Shown one piece after another: positions 1-8,582 of a stretch of 40,000 bases of DNA (positions are counted from its first letter, which is position 1; every line of letters starts with the position of its first letter). Below the pieces are notes generated by a model that worked only from the letters and a program-made list of their open reading frames with translations, searched no databases and was not told the DNA's origin. This DNA is from Dyella caseinilytica. GTDB lineage: Bacteria > Pseudomonadota > Gammaproteobacteria > Xanthomonadales > Rhodanobacteraceae. The stretch is from positions 3,902,603-3,942,602 of the forward strand of contig NZ_CP064030.1 of assembly GCF_016865235.1 (NCBI RefSeq). The letters are read 5' to 3'. The translations under genes and the position numbers were made by a program.

Positions 1-161
1 TAGATGTCGTTGAGAACCAGCCGAAAGCTCTGCACCGGTGCACCAGCCGCGGCTGTATAGGCCTGCTGGCGCTGCTGCAAGCGTTGTGCGTACGGCACGC
101 TGGCACAGGCCGCCAGCGCGCCCACCCACATCATTGTCGTCAGAACGCGCATCGTCGACAT
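1..161 (-). CDS. putative lipoprotein, N-terminal fragment (gene runs off the left edge)
   Basis: My own minus-strand translation from the ATG at 161 gives MSTMRVLTTMMWVGALAACASVPYAQRLQQRQQAYTAAAGAPVQSFRLVLNDI... This is a signal peptide with lipobox L-A-A-C. A GGAGGA Shine-Dalgarno (plus-strand tcctcc, 169-174) lies 7 nt upstream. The ORF is absent from the track because it is open at the window edge. Confidence 0.45.
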   Translation of the reverse strand, partial: MSTMRVLTTMMWVGALAACASVPYAQRLQQRQQAYTAAAGAPVQSFRLVLNDI

Positions 162-228
162 AAGGCTTTCCTCCATGCATCGAATACGTCATCGCTCATG
201 TTTGGACAGCATCGTCATGCGACTTGTT

Positions 229-969
229 TCACTTTTTGCCTAATTCGGTCCATTTGGAAGGATCGTAGCCGCCGGTTTCGAATACCAACTCTTGCTTGCC
301 ACCATCCTGCAATTCGGCATCGATGACGATGCGCTTGGTCTTTTCCATCGCATCAAGAAAGGGCTTGTCGTCGCGAATGAAAATAGCCGGCTCGCCGGTC
401 GTGGGCAGGAAGGCGCGCAACGGATGCGCCTTGCCGTCGAACTGCGCTTGCAGCACGCAATTGCCCTTGCATACAAAACCGTGCCCATTACCGAACAGGA
501 AGATGCTCTCACCCCATTTGGTGTGGCGGCGCAGCACCAGCCGCACGGCGCGGTCGCCCGAAGGCCGCGTGCTGTAGAGACTGGCCGTGGATTGCGTACC
601 GCCTTCCATCGGGGCGACCTGATACGTCCACAGCGCAGCCAGCCGGCGCTTTTCACTGGTTTCCTTCCAGCGCTGCTCGATCTGCGGCAAGGTCTGCTGC
701 ACTTCCTTGGCGGCATCGGAGCTGGGGAAATGCTGGACGATGTCCTCACCCAGTTGGGCCGCTGCCTCGTCGTTCTTCGTCTGCAGCGCCTGACGATAGG
801 TCTGCAGCTCATTGTTGGCCTGTTCGACTTCCGCCTGCGCCTGGGCTTTGGCGGCATCGGCCTGGGATTGCGCGTTCTGGTCCTGCCCCTGCTGCGAGCA
901 GGCGGCCAGAGCAAGAAAACCACATGCAGCGGCTACGGTGATGGAGCGGCGGAAAATCAAGCGCGTCAT
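229..969 (-). CDS. lipoprotein of unknown function (Q/A-rich coiled-coil-like N-terminal part plus a globular C-terminal domain)
   Basis: ORF 229..993. The signal peptide MTRLIFRRSITVAAACGFLALAAC ends in lipobox LAAC. I prefer the internal ATG at 969, which gives a 24-aa signal peptide. The upstream ATG at 993 is also possible. I do not recognise a family. Confidence 0.6.
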   Translation of the reverse strand: MTRLIFRRSITVAAACGFLALAACSQQGQDQNAQSQADAAKAQAQAEVEQANNELQTYRQALQTKNDEAAAQLGEDIVQHFPSSDAAKEVQQTLPQIEQRWKETSEKRRLAALWTYQVAPMEGGTQSTASLYSTRPSGDRAVRLVLRRHTKWGESIFLFGNGHGFVCKGNCVLQAQFDGKAHPLRAFLPTTGEPAIFIRDDKPFLDAMEKTKRIVIDAELQDGGKQELVFETGGYDPSKWTELGKK

Positions 970-1042
970 TGGCAATGCACCGGCGGTGGACATATCACTA
1001 GCTTGAAACGAGCCCCGTTTCGACGCAACCTTTCAGCCGCCG

Positions 1043-1915
1043 CTAGGCGGCAGTGGATTGCCCGAAACGATCACGCAAGGCCGCACGATAGCGCCGGCTG
1101 CAGGGAATCTTCACGCCATCGCGCATCAATAGCCGCGCGTCGCCGGTCTCCAGCGGCTCGATCTCGACCAGGAAATCCAGGTTGATCACGTAACTGCGAT
1201 GCACCCGCACGAAGTACTGCGCATCGAGCCGCGCCTCAATGCCGGCCATGGTGGCGCGCAGCGGATAATCGCGGCTACGCACATGCAGATTGACGTAATT
1301 GCCCGAAGCCTGCAGCCATTCGATTTCGCGTGCGGCGAGCAGGAATTCCTTGCCGAGCTTGCGCACGAGGAAGCGTTCGGGTTGTTCGACTGGTTCCACC
1401 GGAGGCCCCACCTCCGGTTCATCCAGCAATCGCGCCTCGCCCTGAAAACGCATCACCCATAGCCGATACAGGCCAATGCCGGCCATGATCCAGAAATAGC
1501 TGCGGATGTCCTTGAGGTATTCGTAGTCGAAATCCTTCCACCACCTGTCGAAATCGTAGTGAGACCCGGCGATGGCATAGGCAACGTAGCGCAGCGCCAT
1601 CATGCCGACGACATGAATCAAGCTATACGGCAGGGTAAAAAACAGATGTAGCGGCAGGTTCTGTTGCCAGGTCTCGAAACGTATGGGCCAGCGCCGCGAA
1701 ACATAGATCAAGGCAGGCATGAGGGCCAAACTCACGATGGCACTGCTCGATTCCCATACCCAGGGTTCCCACCGTGGAACGTCCGGATGGTCCATGACGG
1801 AGACCATCCCGTTGAAAACGGTGTTGATGGCAAAGAACGCCGGCCATGCACCCAGCTCAAACGAGCGGCGCCAGCGTTGAAAGCTTTCGAAGGTGAAGCC
1901 TTGATATTTCCCCAT
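1043..1915 (-). CDS. membrane-anchored LytTR-family DNA-binding regulator
   Basis: 290 aa. The N-terminal ~170 aa carry several hydrophobic helices (AWPAFFAINTVFNGMV, AIVSLALMPALIYV, LHLFFTLPYSLIHVVGMMAL, YFWIMAGIGLY). The C-terminus is a typical LytTR domain (FLVRKLGKEFLLAAREIEWLQASGNYVNLHVRSRDYPLRATMAGIEARLDAQYFVRVHRSYVINLDFL). There is no receiver domain. Confidence 0.8.
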   Translation of the reverse strand: MGKYQGFTFESFQRWRRSFELGAWPAFFAINTVFNGMVSVMDHPDVPRWEPWVWESSSAIVSLALMPALIYVSRRWPIRFETWQQNLPLHLFFTLPYSLIHVVGMMALRYVAYAIAGSHYDFDRWWKDFDYEYLKDIRSYFWIMAGIGLYRLWVMRFQGEARLLDEPEVGPPVEPVEQPERFLVRKLGKEFLLAAREIEWLQASGNYVNLHVRSRDYPLRATMAGIEARLDAQYFVRVHRSYVINLDFLVEIEPLETGDARLLMRDGVKIPCSRRYRAALRDRFGQSTAA

Positions 1916-2128
1916 GGAGAGATTCTAGAAGGAAGTTCTGCGCGTCGCTTGTCTGTTGAATGTCCAACGAGTCACTCGTGCTTCATTTATGCCGTGAGTT
2001 GTTCGTCGTCCCGGCGAAGGCCGGGACCTAGTGACGTTGATGCCGTGCAGGTCGCTGGATGATTCCGCTTTGCTCACCCCTTCGGGGCCGTCCTCCGGAT
2101 ACTAATGCCCACGACGGCACAGATCACT

Positions 2129-2156
2129 TTGCGCAACACCCTTGCGCATTGATAAT
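2129..2156 (+). promoter_or_regulatory. candidate sigma70 promoter with overlapping palindromic operator upstream of the MFS gene
   Basis: The -35-like TTGCGC (2129-2134) is followed by a 16-nt spacer and the -10-like GATAAT (2151-2156). An AGGA SD sits at 2170-2173, 6 nt before the ATG at 2180. The promoter is overlaid by inverted repeat TGCGCAA-caccc-TTGCGCA (2130-2148). The first copy, TTGCGCAA, is itself a perfect palindrome. Confidence 0.3.
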
Positions 2157-2179
2157 GTCCCCACAAATCAGGACCCCTC

Positions 2180-3451
2180 ATGCCCCCATCCTCCGCGCCC
2201 TGCCCGCCGGATTCGCTACTTCAACATCGCGCTTACGTTGCCTTCTGGTGCGCCCGCACCGCTTCCAGCTTCGGCTTCCAGATGCTGGCCGTGGCGGTCG
2301 GCTGGCAGATCTATGCGATCACTGGCCGCGCCTTCGACCTGGGCCTGATCGGCCTGGTGCAGTTTCTTCCATCCGTGCTACTGCTTTTGCCGGCTGGCCA
2401 CATGGCCGATCAGTTCGACCGGCGGCGGATCGTGCTGTTCGGGCAAATCGTGGAGTGGGTCGCGATCGTGCTGCTGGCGACGCTCACGCTGCTGCACGCT
2501 GTCAATGAAGTCGGCATTCTGCTGCTGATTTTCACGATCGCGGTCGCCAAGGCATTCGAATCACCATCGATGCAATCGATGGTACCGGCGCTGGTTCCGC
2601 CGTCGCTGCTGCCACGCGCGATGGCGGTGAACGGATCGGCCATGCAGGCCGCGTCGATTGTCGGACCGGCGCTGGGTGGCTTGCTTTATGTGGCAGGCCC
2701 GGGCGTGGTGTATGCCGTATCGGCCGTGTTGTATCTGATTGCGGCGACGCTGGTGTCACGGTTGCGTTACGAGCAGACGCCGCCGAAGCGCGAGCCCGCG
2801 ACGCTGAAGACGCTATTCGCTGGCGTGCATTTCATCCGCGAGCGCAAGGACGTGCTGGGCGTGATCTCGCTGGATCTATTTGCCGTTTTGCTCGGCGGCG
2901 CCACGGCCCTGCTGCCGATCTTCGCCAAAGATGTGCTGCACACCGGCCCATGGGGACTGGGCCTGTTGCGTGCAGCACCTGCGGTGGGCGCTTTGTTGAT
3001 GTCTGTCTGGCTTGCACGGCACAGCATGGAGCGGAACGTCGGCAAGATCATGTTCGCCGCGGTTGCCGGCTTTGGTGTTGCGACGCTGATTTTCGCGTTG
3101 TCAAAGGTGATCTGGTTGTCGCTGCTTGCGCTGTTCGCGCTCGGTGCGTTCGACATGGTCAGCATGGTGATCCGCGGTTCGCTGGTGCAGTTGGATACAC
3201 CTGATGCCATGCGCGGCCGGGTCAGCGCCGTGAATGCCATCTTCATCAACACCTCCAACCAGCTTGGCGAATTCGAATCCGGCATGGTCGCCGCCTGGCT
3301 GGGCGCTGTCGGTTCCGCCGTGCTTGGTGGCATCGGCACGTTGGCCGTGGTTGGCTTGTGGATGTGGATGTTCCCTACTCTGCGCCGCCGCCAACGTTTG
3401 CATGTGGCACCGTCGACGCAGGAAGGCGAAGCACAGGCACAGACAGTCTGA
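2180..3451 (+). CDS. MFS transporter (EntS/MFS_3-like exporter family)
   Basis: 423 aa with about 12 hydrophobic segments. The N-terminus LLQHRAYVAFWCARTASSFGFQMLAVAVGWQIY and the loop GHMADQFDRRRIV are typical of this MFS subfamily. Third-position GC is high. Confidence 0.85.
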   Translation: MPPSSAPCPPDSLLQHRAYVAFWCARTASSFGFQMLAVAVGWQIYAITGRAFDLGLIGLVQFLPSVLLLLPAGHMADQFDRRRIVLFGQIVEWVAIVLLATLTLLHAVNEVGILLLIFTIAVAKAFESPSMQSMVPALVPPSLLPRAMAVNGSAMQAASIVGPALGGLLYVAGPGVVYAVSAVLYLIAATLVSRLRYEQTPPKREPATLKTLFAGVHFIRERKDVLGVISLDLFAVLLGGATALLPIFAKDVLHTGPWGLGLLRAAPAVGALLMSVWLARHSMERNVGKIMFAAVAGFGVATLIFALSKVIWLSLLALFALGAFDMVSMVIRGSLVQLDTPDAMRGRVSAVNAIFINTSNQLGEFESGMVAAWLGAVGSAVLGGIGTLAVVGLWMWMFPTLRRRQRLHVAPSTQEGEAQAQTV

Positions 3452-3458
3452 GGTTCTC

Positions 3459-4133
3459 ATGATTACGGTGCATCACCTCAACAACTCGCGCTCGCAGCGC
3501 ATCCTGTGGCTGCTGGAGGAACTTGGACTTCCCTACGAGATCAAGCGCTACCAGCGCGATCCAAAGACCATGCTTGCACCGCCGGAACTGCGTGCGGTGC
3601 ATCCGCTGGGCAAGGCGCCGATCGTCACCGACGGCGATCTCACGCTGGCCGAATCGGGTGCGATCATCGAATATCTGGTCGACCGCTATGGCACCGGCAA
3701 CCTGATACCACCGCATGGCACGACAGAACGCTTGCGCTGCAATTATTGGTTGCACTACGCCGAAGGCTCGGCCATGCCGCCGTTGCTGTTGAAGCTGGTA
3801 TTTCGTCGTGTTGAAACGGCTCCAGCACCGTTCTTCGTGCGCCCCATTGCCAAAGCCATCGCGGGCAAAGTGCAGCAGGGTTTTGTGGATCCACAGATCG
3901 CCCTGCACCTTGCCTACCTGGAGGGCGAATTGGGCAAGAAGGCATGGTTCGGCGGGGCCGATTTCAGCGTCGCCGACATCATGCTGAGCTTTCCGCTGGA
4001 AGCGGCCGCTGCACGCGGCGGATTGGCCGAAAGCTATCCGCGGCTGCAGACTTTCCTGCAGCGTATTCACGCCCGGCCGGCTTATCAGCGCGCCCTGGAG
4101 CGCGGTGGTGAATACAGCCTGTTGAGCGGCTGA
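3459..4133 (+). CDS. glutathione S-transferase (GTT1-like)
   Basis: The in-frame ATG at 3459 within ORF 3234..4133 gives MITVHHLNNSRSQRILWLLEELGLPYEIKRYQRD...HPLGKAPIV...ESGAIIEYL. This is a canonical GST N-terminal thioredoxin-like fold followed by a C-terminal helical domain. The upstream part of the ORF overlaps the MFS 3' end and is not coding. Confidence 0.85.
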   Translation: MITVHHLNNSRSQRILWLLEELGLPYEIKRYQRDPKTMLAPPELRAVHPLGKAPIVTDGDLTLAESGAIIEYLVDRYGTGNLIPPHGTTERLRCNYWLHYAEGSAMPPLLLKLVFRRVETAPAPFFVRPIAKAIAGKVQQGFVDPQIALHLAYLEGELGKKAWFGGADFSVADIMLSFPLEAAAARGGLAESYPRLQTFLQRIHARPAYQRALERGGEYSLLSG

Positions 4134-4210
4134 ATGCGCGTATCATCGGTTAACGCCACGCTCACGTCAGCGCTGGCAATTTGAACCATCCAGATAGTGT
4201 GGAGAATCCC

Positions 4211-4528
4211 ATGAGCAGGCAAGCCGATATCGAACGTCGCCTCGACAACCTCAGCAACCGGGTACGGCAGTACACCGATGGCGCCTCTGAAACGGCCGAT
4301 GGCCTGCTGACACGCGGACGCCGTGCCGTGGGTCGCCTTAATCGTCGCGATACCGGCAAGCGCATTGCGCAGGCAGCTGAGGATTTCGCGGATGAAGCCA
4401 ATTACCAGTATCGGCGCCTGCGCCGGCAAGTGAATCGCCATCCGGTGGCGACGGCGGCCATCGTGGCTGGCACCATCGGCGCATTCCTGCTGCTGCGTCG
4501 CGCGTTCCGCAGTGACGATGAGGATTGA
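4211..4528 (+). CDS. DUF883/ElaB/YqjD-like membrane-anchored protein
   Basis: The ATG at 4211 is preceded by GGAG. The product MSRQADIERRLDNLSNRV...RHPVATAAIVAGTIGAFLLLRRAF has a helical N-terminal part and a single C-terminal TM anchor, as in the ElaB family. The ORF-track start at 4181 is an alternative. Confidence 0.65.
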   Translation: MSRQADIERRLDNLSNRVRQYTDGASETADGLLTRGRRAVGRLNRRDTGKRIAQAAEDFADEANYQYRRLRRQVNRHPVATAAIVAGTIGAFLLLRRAFRSDDED

Positions 4529-4559
4529 TCGATTCATCTGGCGAGCGAACCTATCGATC

Positions 4560-4592
4560 AAAAAGAACCCGCCTTTCGGCGGGTTCTTTTTT
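4560..4592. terminator. bidirectional rho-independent terminator
   Basis: aaaaagaacccgcc-tttc-ggcgggttcttttt: a GC-rich stem flanked by an A-run and a T-run. It sits between the convergent stops at 4528 and 4604. Confidence 0.85.
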
Positions 4593-4603
4593 GGTAACAC
4601 GTA

Positions 4604-7297
4604 TTACACCGTCAGCGGATTCGGCTTGTCCGGATCAAGCTTGTACTCGCGAATGGCACGCGCCACGTCCTTGGCGTTGACCTTGCCGTCCTTAGCCAAT
4701 GCCGCCAGTGCAGCATGTGCAATCCAGTAACGATCCACTTCGAAGAAGTTGCGCAGGTGTTCGCGCGTATCCGAGCGGCCGAAGCCGTCGGTGCCGAGCA
4801 CGGTGTAGCGCATGCCATCCGGGATGAAGGCGCGGATCTGGTCGGCGTATTCGCGCACGTAGTCGGTGGCAGCAATCACAGGTCCCTGGCGACCTTGCAG
4901 CAGACCGGTGACATATGGCACGCGCTGTTCGGCTTCCGGATGCAGGCGGTTCCAGCGTTCGGCATCAAAACCATCGCGGCGCACTTCAATGAAGCTGGGT
5001 ACGGACCAGATGTCGGCGCTGACACCGAAATCCTTCTCCAGCAATTCAGCCGCGGCGATCACTTCGCGCAGGATGGTGCCCGAGCCGAGCAATTGCACAC
5101 GCGTCTCGCTCTTCTTCGCTTTGCCACCATCCTTGAACAGGTACATGCCCTTGACGATGCCTTCCTCGACGCCTTGCGGCAGATCGGGATGGGCATAGTT
5201 TTCGTTCATGACTGTAAGGTAGTAGTAGACGTCTTCCTGATCTTCCAGCATGCGGCGCGTGCCGTCCTGCAGGATCACAGCGACTTCATACGAGAAGGTC
5301 GGATCGTACGCACGCACGTTCGGGATCGAACCGGCGAGCAGATGCGAATGCCCGTCTTCATGCTGCAGGCCTTCGCCATTGAGCGTGGTGCGGCCGGAGG
5401 TGCCACCGATCAGGAAGCCGCGCGAGCGCATGTCGCCGGCAGCCCAAGCCAGGTCGCCAATGCGCTGGAAACCGAACATCGAGTAGTAGATGAAGAACGG
5501 CAGCATCGGCTGGTTGCTGATGCTGTAGCTGCTTGCCGCGGCCATCCAGGCGGCCATGCCGCCGGCCTCGGAAATGCCTTCCTGCAGCACCTGACCCTTC
5601 TGGTCTTCGCGGTAATAGAGCAGCTGATCAGCGTCCTGCGGACGGTATTTCTGGCCTTCCGGCGCGTAGATGCCGATCTGGCGGAACATGCCTTCCATAC
5701 CGAAGGTGCGCGCTTCGTCGGCGACGATCGGCACCACACGCGGACCGATGGCCTTGTCGCGCAGCAGCAGGTTCATGCCGCGCACCAGCGCCATGGTGGT
5801 GGAGATTTCGCGGTCGCCGGTGCCCTTGGTGATCTGCTCGAACGCTGCCAATTCCGGTGCTTTGATCTTCACATCGGTGTGGCGACGACGCTGCGGCAGG
5901 AAACCGCCGAGCGCCTTGCGGCGTTCCAGCATGTACTGCACTTCCGGAGAATCTTTGCCGGGGTGGTAGTACGGCACGTCTTTGAGCTTGTCGTCCGGCA
6001 CCGGAATGTTGAAGCGGTCGCGGAAGTGGCGCACGGCTTCGTCATCCAGCTTCTTCTGCTGGTGGGTCGGGTTCTGCGACTCACCTGCGGCGCCCATGCC
6101 GTAGCCCTTCACCGTCTTGGCGAGGATCACGGTCGGCATGCCCTTGGTGTTCACCGCAGAGTGATAGGCGGCGTACACCTTGTGCGGATCATGACCGCCA
6201 CGGTTCAAACGCCAGATATCGTCGTCGCTGAGGTTGGCGACCATTTCGCGCGTCTCCGGATACTTGCCGAAGAAATGCTCGCGCGTGTACGCGCCGCCGA
6301 AGGCCTTGCATGCCTGGTATTCGCCGTCGATGGTTTCCATCATCAGCTTGCGCAGCACGCCATTCTTGTCGCGGGCCAGGAGCGGATCCCAGTAACTGCC
6401 CCACACCACCTTGATAGCATTCCAGCCAGCGCCGCGGAACACACCTTCCAGTTCCTGGATGATCTTGCCGTTGCCGCGCACCGGACCGTCGAGACGCTGC
6501 AGGTTGCAGTTAATCACGAAGATCAGGTTGTCCAGACCTTCACGGCCAGCCAGCGAGATGGCACCGAGCGATTCGGGCTCGTCGCACTCGCCGTCGCCCA
6601 TGAAGCACCAGATCTTCCGGTCGGTCTTGGGCATCAGGCCGCGATGCTCCAGATACTTCCAGAACTGCGCCTGATAGATCGCCTGGATCGGACCCAGACC
6701 CATCGACACCGTCGGCACCTGCCAGTAATCAGGCATCAGCCACGGATGCGGATACGAGGAAAGGCCACGGCCATGGCCGGCGACTTCCATGCGGAACAGA
6801 TCGAGCTGGTCCTCGCTGATGCGGCCTTCGAGGAAGGAACGTGCATAAACGCCCGGGCTGGAATGGCCCTGGTGGAACACCAGGTCGCCCGGATGGTCTT
6901 CGCTCGGCGCGCGCCAGAAGTGATTGAAGCCCACGTCATAAAGCGTGGCGGACGAAGCGAAGCTGGCGATATGGCCGCCCAGTTCGCCCGGCTTGCGGTT
7001 GGCGCGCACCACGGTCGCCATGGCGTTCCAGCGGATCAGGGTGCGGATACGCCATTCCATCGCACCGTCGCCGGGCATCTTGGCTTCCAGATGCGGCGGA
7101 ATGGTGTTGACGTACTCGGTGGTGGGATCGAACGGCAAATAGCCGCCGGAGCGGCGTGTGGAGTCAACGAGGCGCTCCAGCAGGAAATGTGCACGCTCTG
7201 TGCCTTCGCGATTGATGACGGCACTGAGCGATTCGACCCACTCCTGGGTTTCGGTAGGGTCGAGGTCCTGGTGGAGGATATCGTCGAGCTGATCCAT
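4604..7297 (-). CDS. aceE: pyruvate dehydrogenase E1 component (homodimeric type)
   Basis: 897 aa from the ATG at 7297 (MDQLDDILHQDLDPTETQEWVESL...). The whole length reads as AceE-like, including the TPP-binding GDGE...N region (CFMGDGECDEPES...INCNLQRLDG). The 54 codons upstream in the ORF track are Arg-rich junk. Confidence 0.95.
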   Translation of the reverse strand: MDQLDDILHQDLDPTETQEWVESLSAVINREGTERAHFLLERLVDSTRRSGGYLPFDPTTEYVNTIPPHLEAKMPGDGAMEWRIRTLIRWNAMATVVRANRKPGELGGHIASFASSATLYDVGFNHFWRAPSEDHPGDLVFHQGHSSPGVYARSFLEGRISEDQLDLFRMEVAGHGRGLSSYPHPWLMPDYWQVPTVSMGLGPIQAIYQAQFWKYLEHRGLMPKTDRKIWCFMGDGECDEPESLGAISLAGREGLDNLIFVINCNLQRLDGPVRGNGKIIQELEGVFRGAGWNAIKVVWGSYWDPLLARDKNGVLRKLMMETIDGEYQACKAFGGAYTREHFFGKYPETREMVANLSDDDIWRLNRGGHDPHKVYAAYHSAVNTKGMPTVILAKTVKGYGMGAAGESQNPTHQQKKLDDEAVRHFRDRFNIPVPDDKLKDVPYYHPGKDSPEVQYMLERRKALGGFLPQRRRHTDVKIKAPELAAFEQITKGTGDREISTTMALVRGMNLLLRDKAIGPRVVPIVADEARTFGMEGMFRQIGIYAPEGQKYRPQDADQLLYYREDQKGQVLQEGISEAGGMAAWMAAASSYSISNQPMLPFFIYYSMFGFQRIGDLAWAAGDMRSRGFLIGGTSGRTTLNGEGLQHEDGHSHLLAGSIPNVRAYDPTFSYEVAVILQDGTRRMLEDQEDVYYYLTVMNENYAHPDLPQGVEEGIVKGMYLFKDGGKAKKSETRVQLLGSGTILREVIAAAELLEKDFGVSADIWSVPSFIEVRRDGFDAERWNRLHPEAEQRVPYVTGLLQGRQGPVIAATDYVREYADQIRAFIPDGMRYTVLGTDGFGRSDTREHLRNFFEVDRYWIAHAALAALAKDGKVNAKDVARAIREYKLDPDKPNPLTV

Positions 7298-7598
7298 GAA
7301 ACGTCTCCGCGGCGCCGTGCGCCGCCATGCGGTGGATGCGCGTCGCTGGGGAAGCGACGAAACCGGGGCATCGATCCGGCGACCTTGGCCGGCACGGGAC
7401 AGGACCGCGTGGCGTGTTCGCCGCAGGACGAGCGTAAGTCTTCTGATTCTAGCCCCCAAGCGGCGATCTCGCCAATTGCAGTGCTGTTACATACGTATGC
7501 GCATGGGTTTACGGCCCATGGCCCTCATGGACAAGCGGTTGTCCCTGTTGCGACAGCCTTGATTCGCGGCACCGCAACACCCGCCGGGTCATACCGCG

Positions 7599-8582
7599 TC
7601 AGAACACGTACATGTAGCGCATCACAGCCTGCGTGCCTGCGGCACGGTTCTCGGCAAGCCCTTCAAAATAGAGATTGCCTATCAGTCGATGCTGAGCTTT
7701 GCGCCATTGCACGCCGGGTCCAAGTCCGAATATCCGCTCGTGCGTTCTGGCTTGTGCCTGACCATTGATGCGGTCGGCGCTGATCTGCTGCAGCTGATAC
7801 ATACCCAGCCCGAGCCGCCAATGTGGCGTCAGCGCATACGAAGCGCTGAGGTTGTAATGGAAAGCCTGGCCGGGCCGAATGCTGTGAACCGGCGCACCGA
7901 ACTGGGCGGTGACGCGCATTTCCGGATCGCGACTCGGGCCGTTCCACAGATACATCAGGCGGCCACTGATTTCCCAGCGCTGATCCGGACGTAGGGTAAA
8001 GGCGTAGTACGGATTGAAGCTGGTGTAATGCGTGCCGAGATTGAGCGTGGCATCCGGCCGGTAGTTCCCCCATGGCAAGGCAAGGATCAGCGAAAGACGC
8101 GATTCGAATCGATACCCGAACAGACGCTTGTCCAACCATTGCACATACAGTCCTACATTCGGGTTGGCGATGCCCTCGGAATGTCCATGCGCCGGACCAC
8201 TCTGGAGGTTGATATCCATCAGCGGCACGATCACTTCAGCGCCCGCGTAACCTCTCGCCACCGGAATATTCGCGGTATAGGCGTAATGGAGTCGGTGAAT
8301 CCAGACGGATTTGTCATAGCGGGTGGTGATGCGGTCGCCGTCGGCGTTGTAATTGCGGGTCGCATCGAAGCGACTGGTACTCCACTGCAACAGGGTGCCT
8401 AGGCCGCCGCCGCCATCCTCGAAACTCGTCGCGCCGAGATTCACGCCGGGGAGCGCAAGGTTAGTCGCCTTCGTTTCAACGGCCACGCCCAGGGCCAGAA
8501 CGAGACCGATTGCCACTCGCCTCAAAACACGACCCGATCGTGAAACCTGGCTTGCCGCCCTGACCATTTGCCAGCCATCCAT
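7599..8582 (-). CDS. outer-membrane beta-barrel channel, phenol-degradation meta-pathway (MetA/SphA-like) family
   Basis: 327 aa. The signal peptide is ...RRVAIGLVLALGVAVETKA. Beta-strand-like amphipathic segments alternate along the protein, and it ends in a C-terminal aromatic residue (YMYVF). The start ATG overlaps the MFS stop (TGATG at 8580-8584). The family call is from overall resemblance only. Confidence 0.6.
   Translation of the reverse strand: MDGWQMVRAASQVSRSGRVLRRVAIGLVLALGVAVETKATNLALPGVNLGATSFEDGGGGLGTLLQWSTSRFDATRNYNADGDRITTRYDKSVWIHRLHYAYTANIPVARGYAGAEVIVPLMDINLQSGPAHGHSEGIANPNVGLYVQWLDKRLFGYRFESRLSLILALPWGNYRPDATLNLGTHYTSFNPYYAFTLRPDQRWEISGRLMYLWNGPSRDPEMRVTAQFGAPVHSIRPGQAFHYNLSASYALTPHWRLGLGMYQLQQISADRINGQAQARTHERIFGLGPGVQWRKAQHRLIGNLYFEGLAENRAAGTQAVMRYMYVF

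Noticed and set aside
4604-7297. aceE lacks aceF/lpd downstream and is followed at once by a terminator
   Set aside because: As far as I recall, a stand-alone aceE is the normal arrangement in Xanthomonadales-type genomes. This is not evidence of rearrangement.
4715-7768. 1017-aa ORF on the plus strand
   Set aside because: It is entirely antisense to aceE, whose product is unmistakable. The composition is Arg/Ala/His/Gly-rich and low-complexity (for example HRHRRHLPVIRHQPRMRIRG). This is a typical stop-free shadow frame of a high-GC gene.
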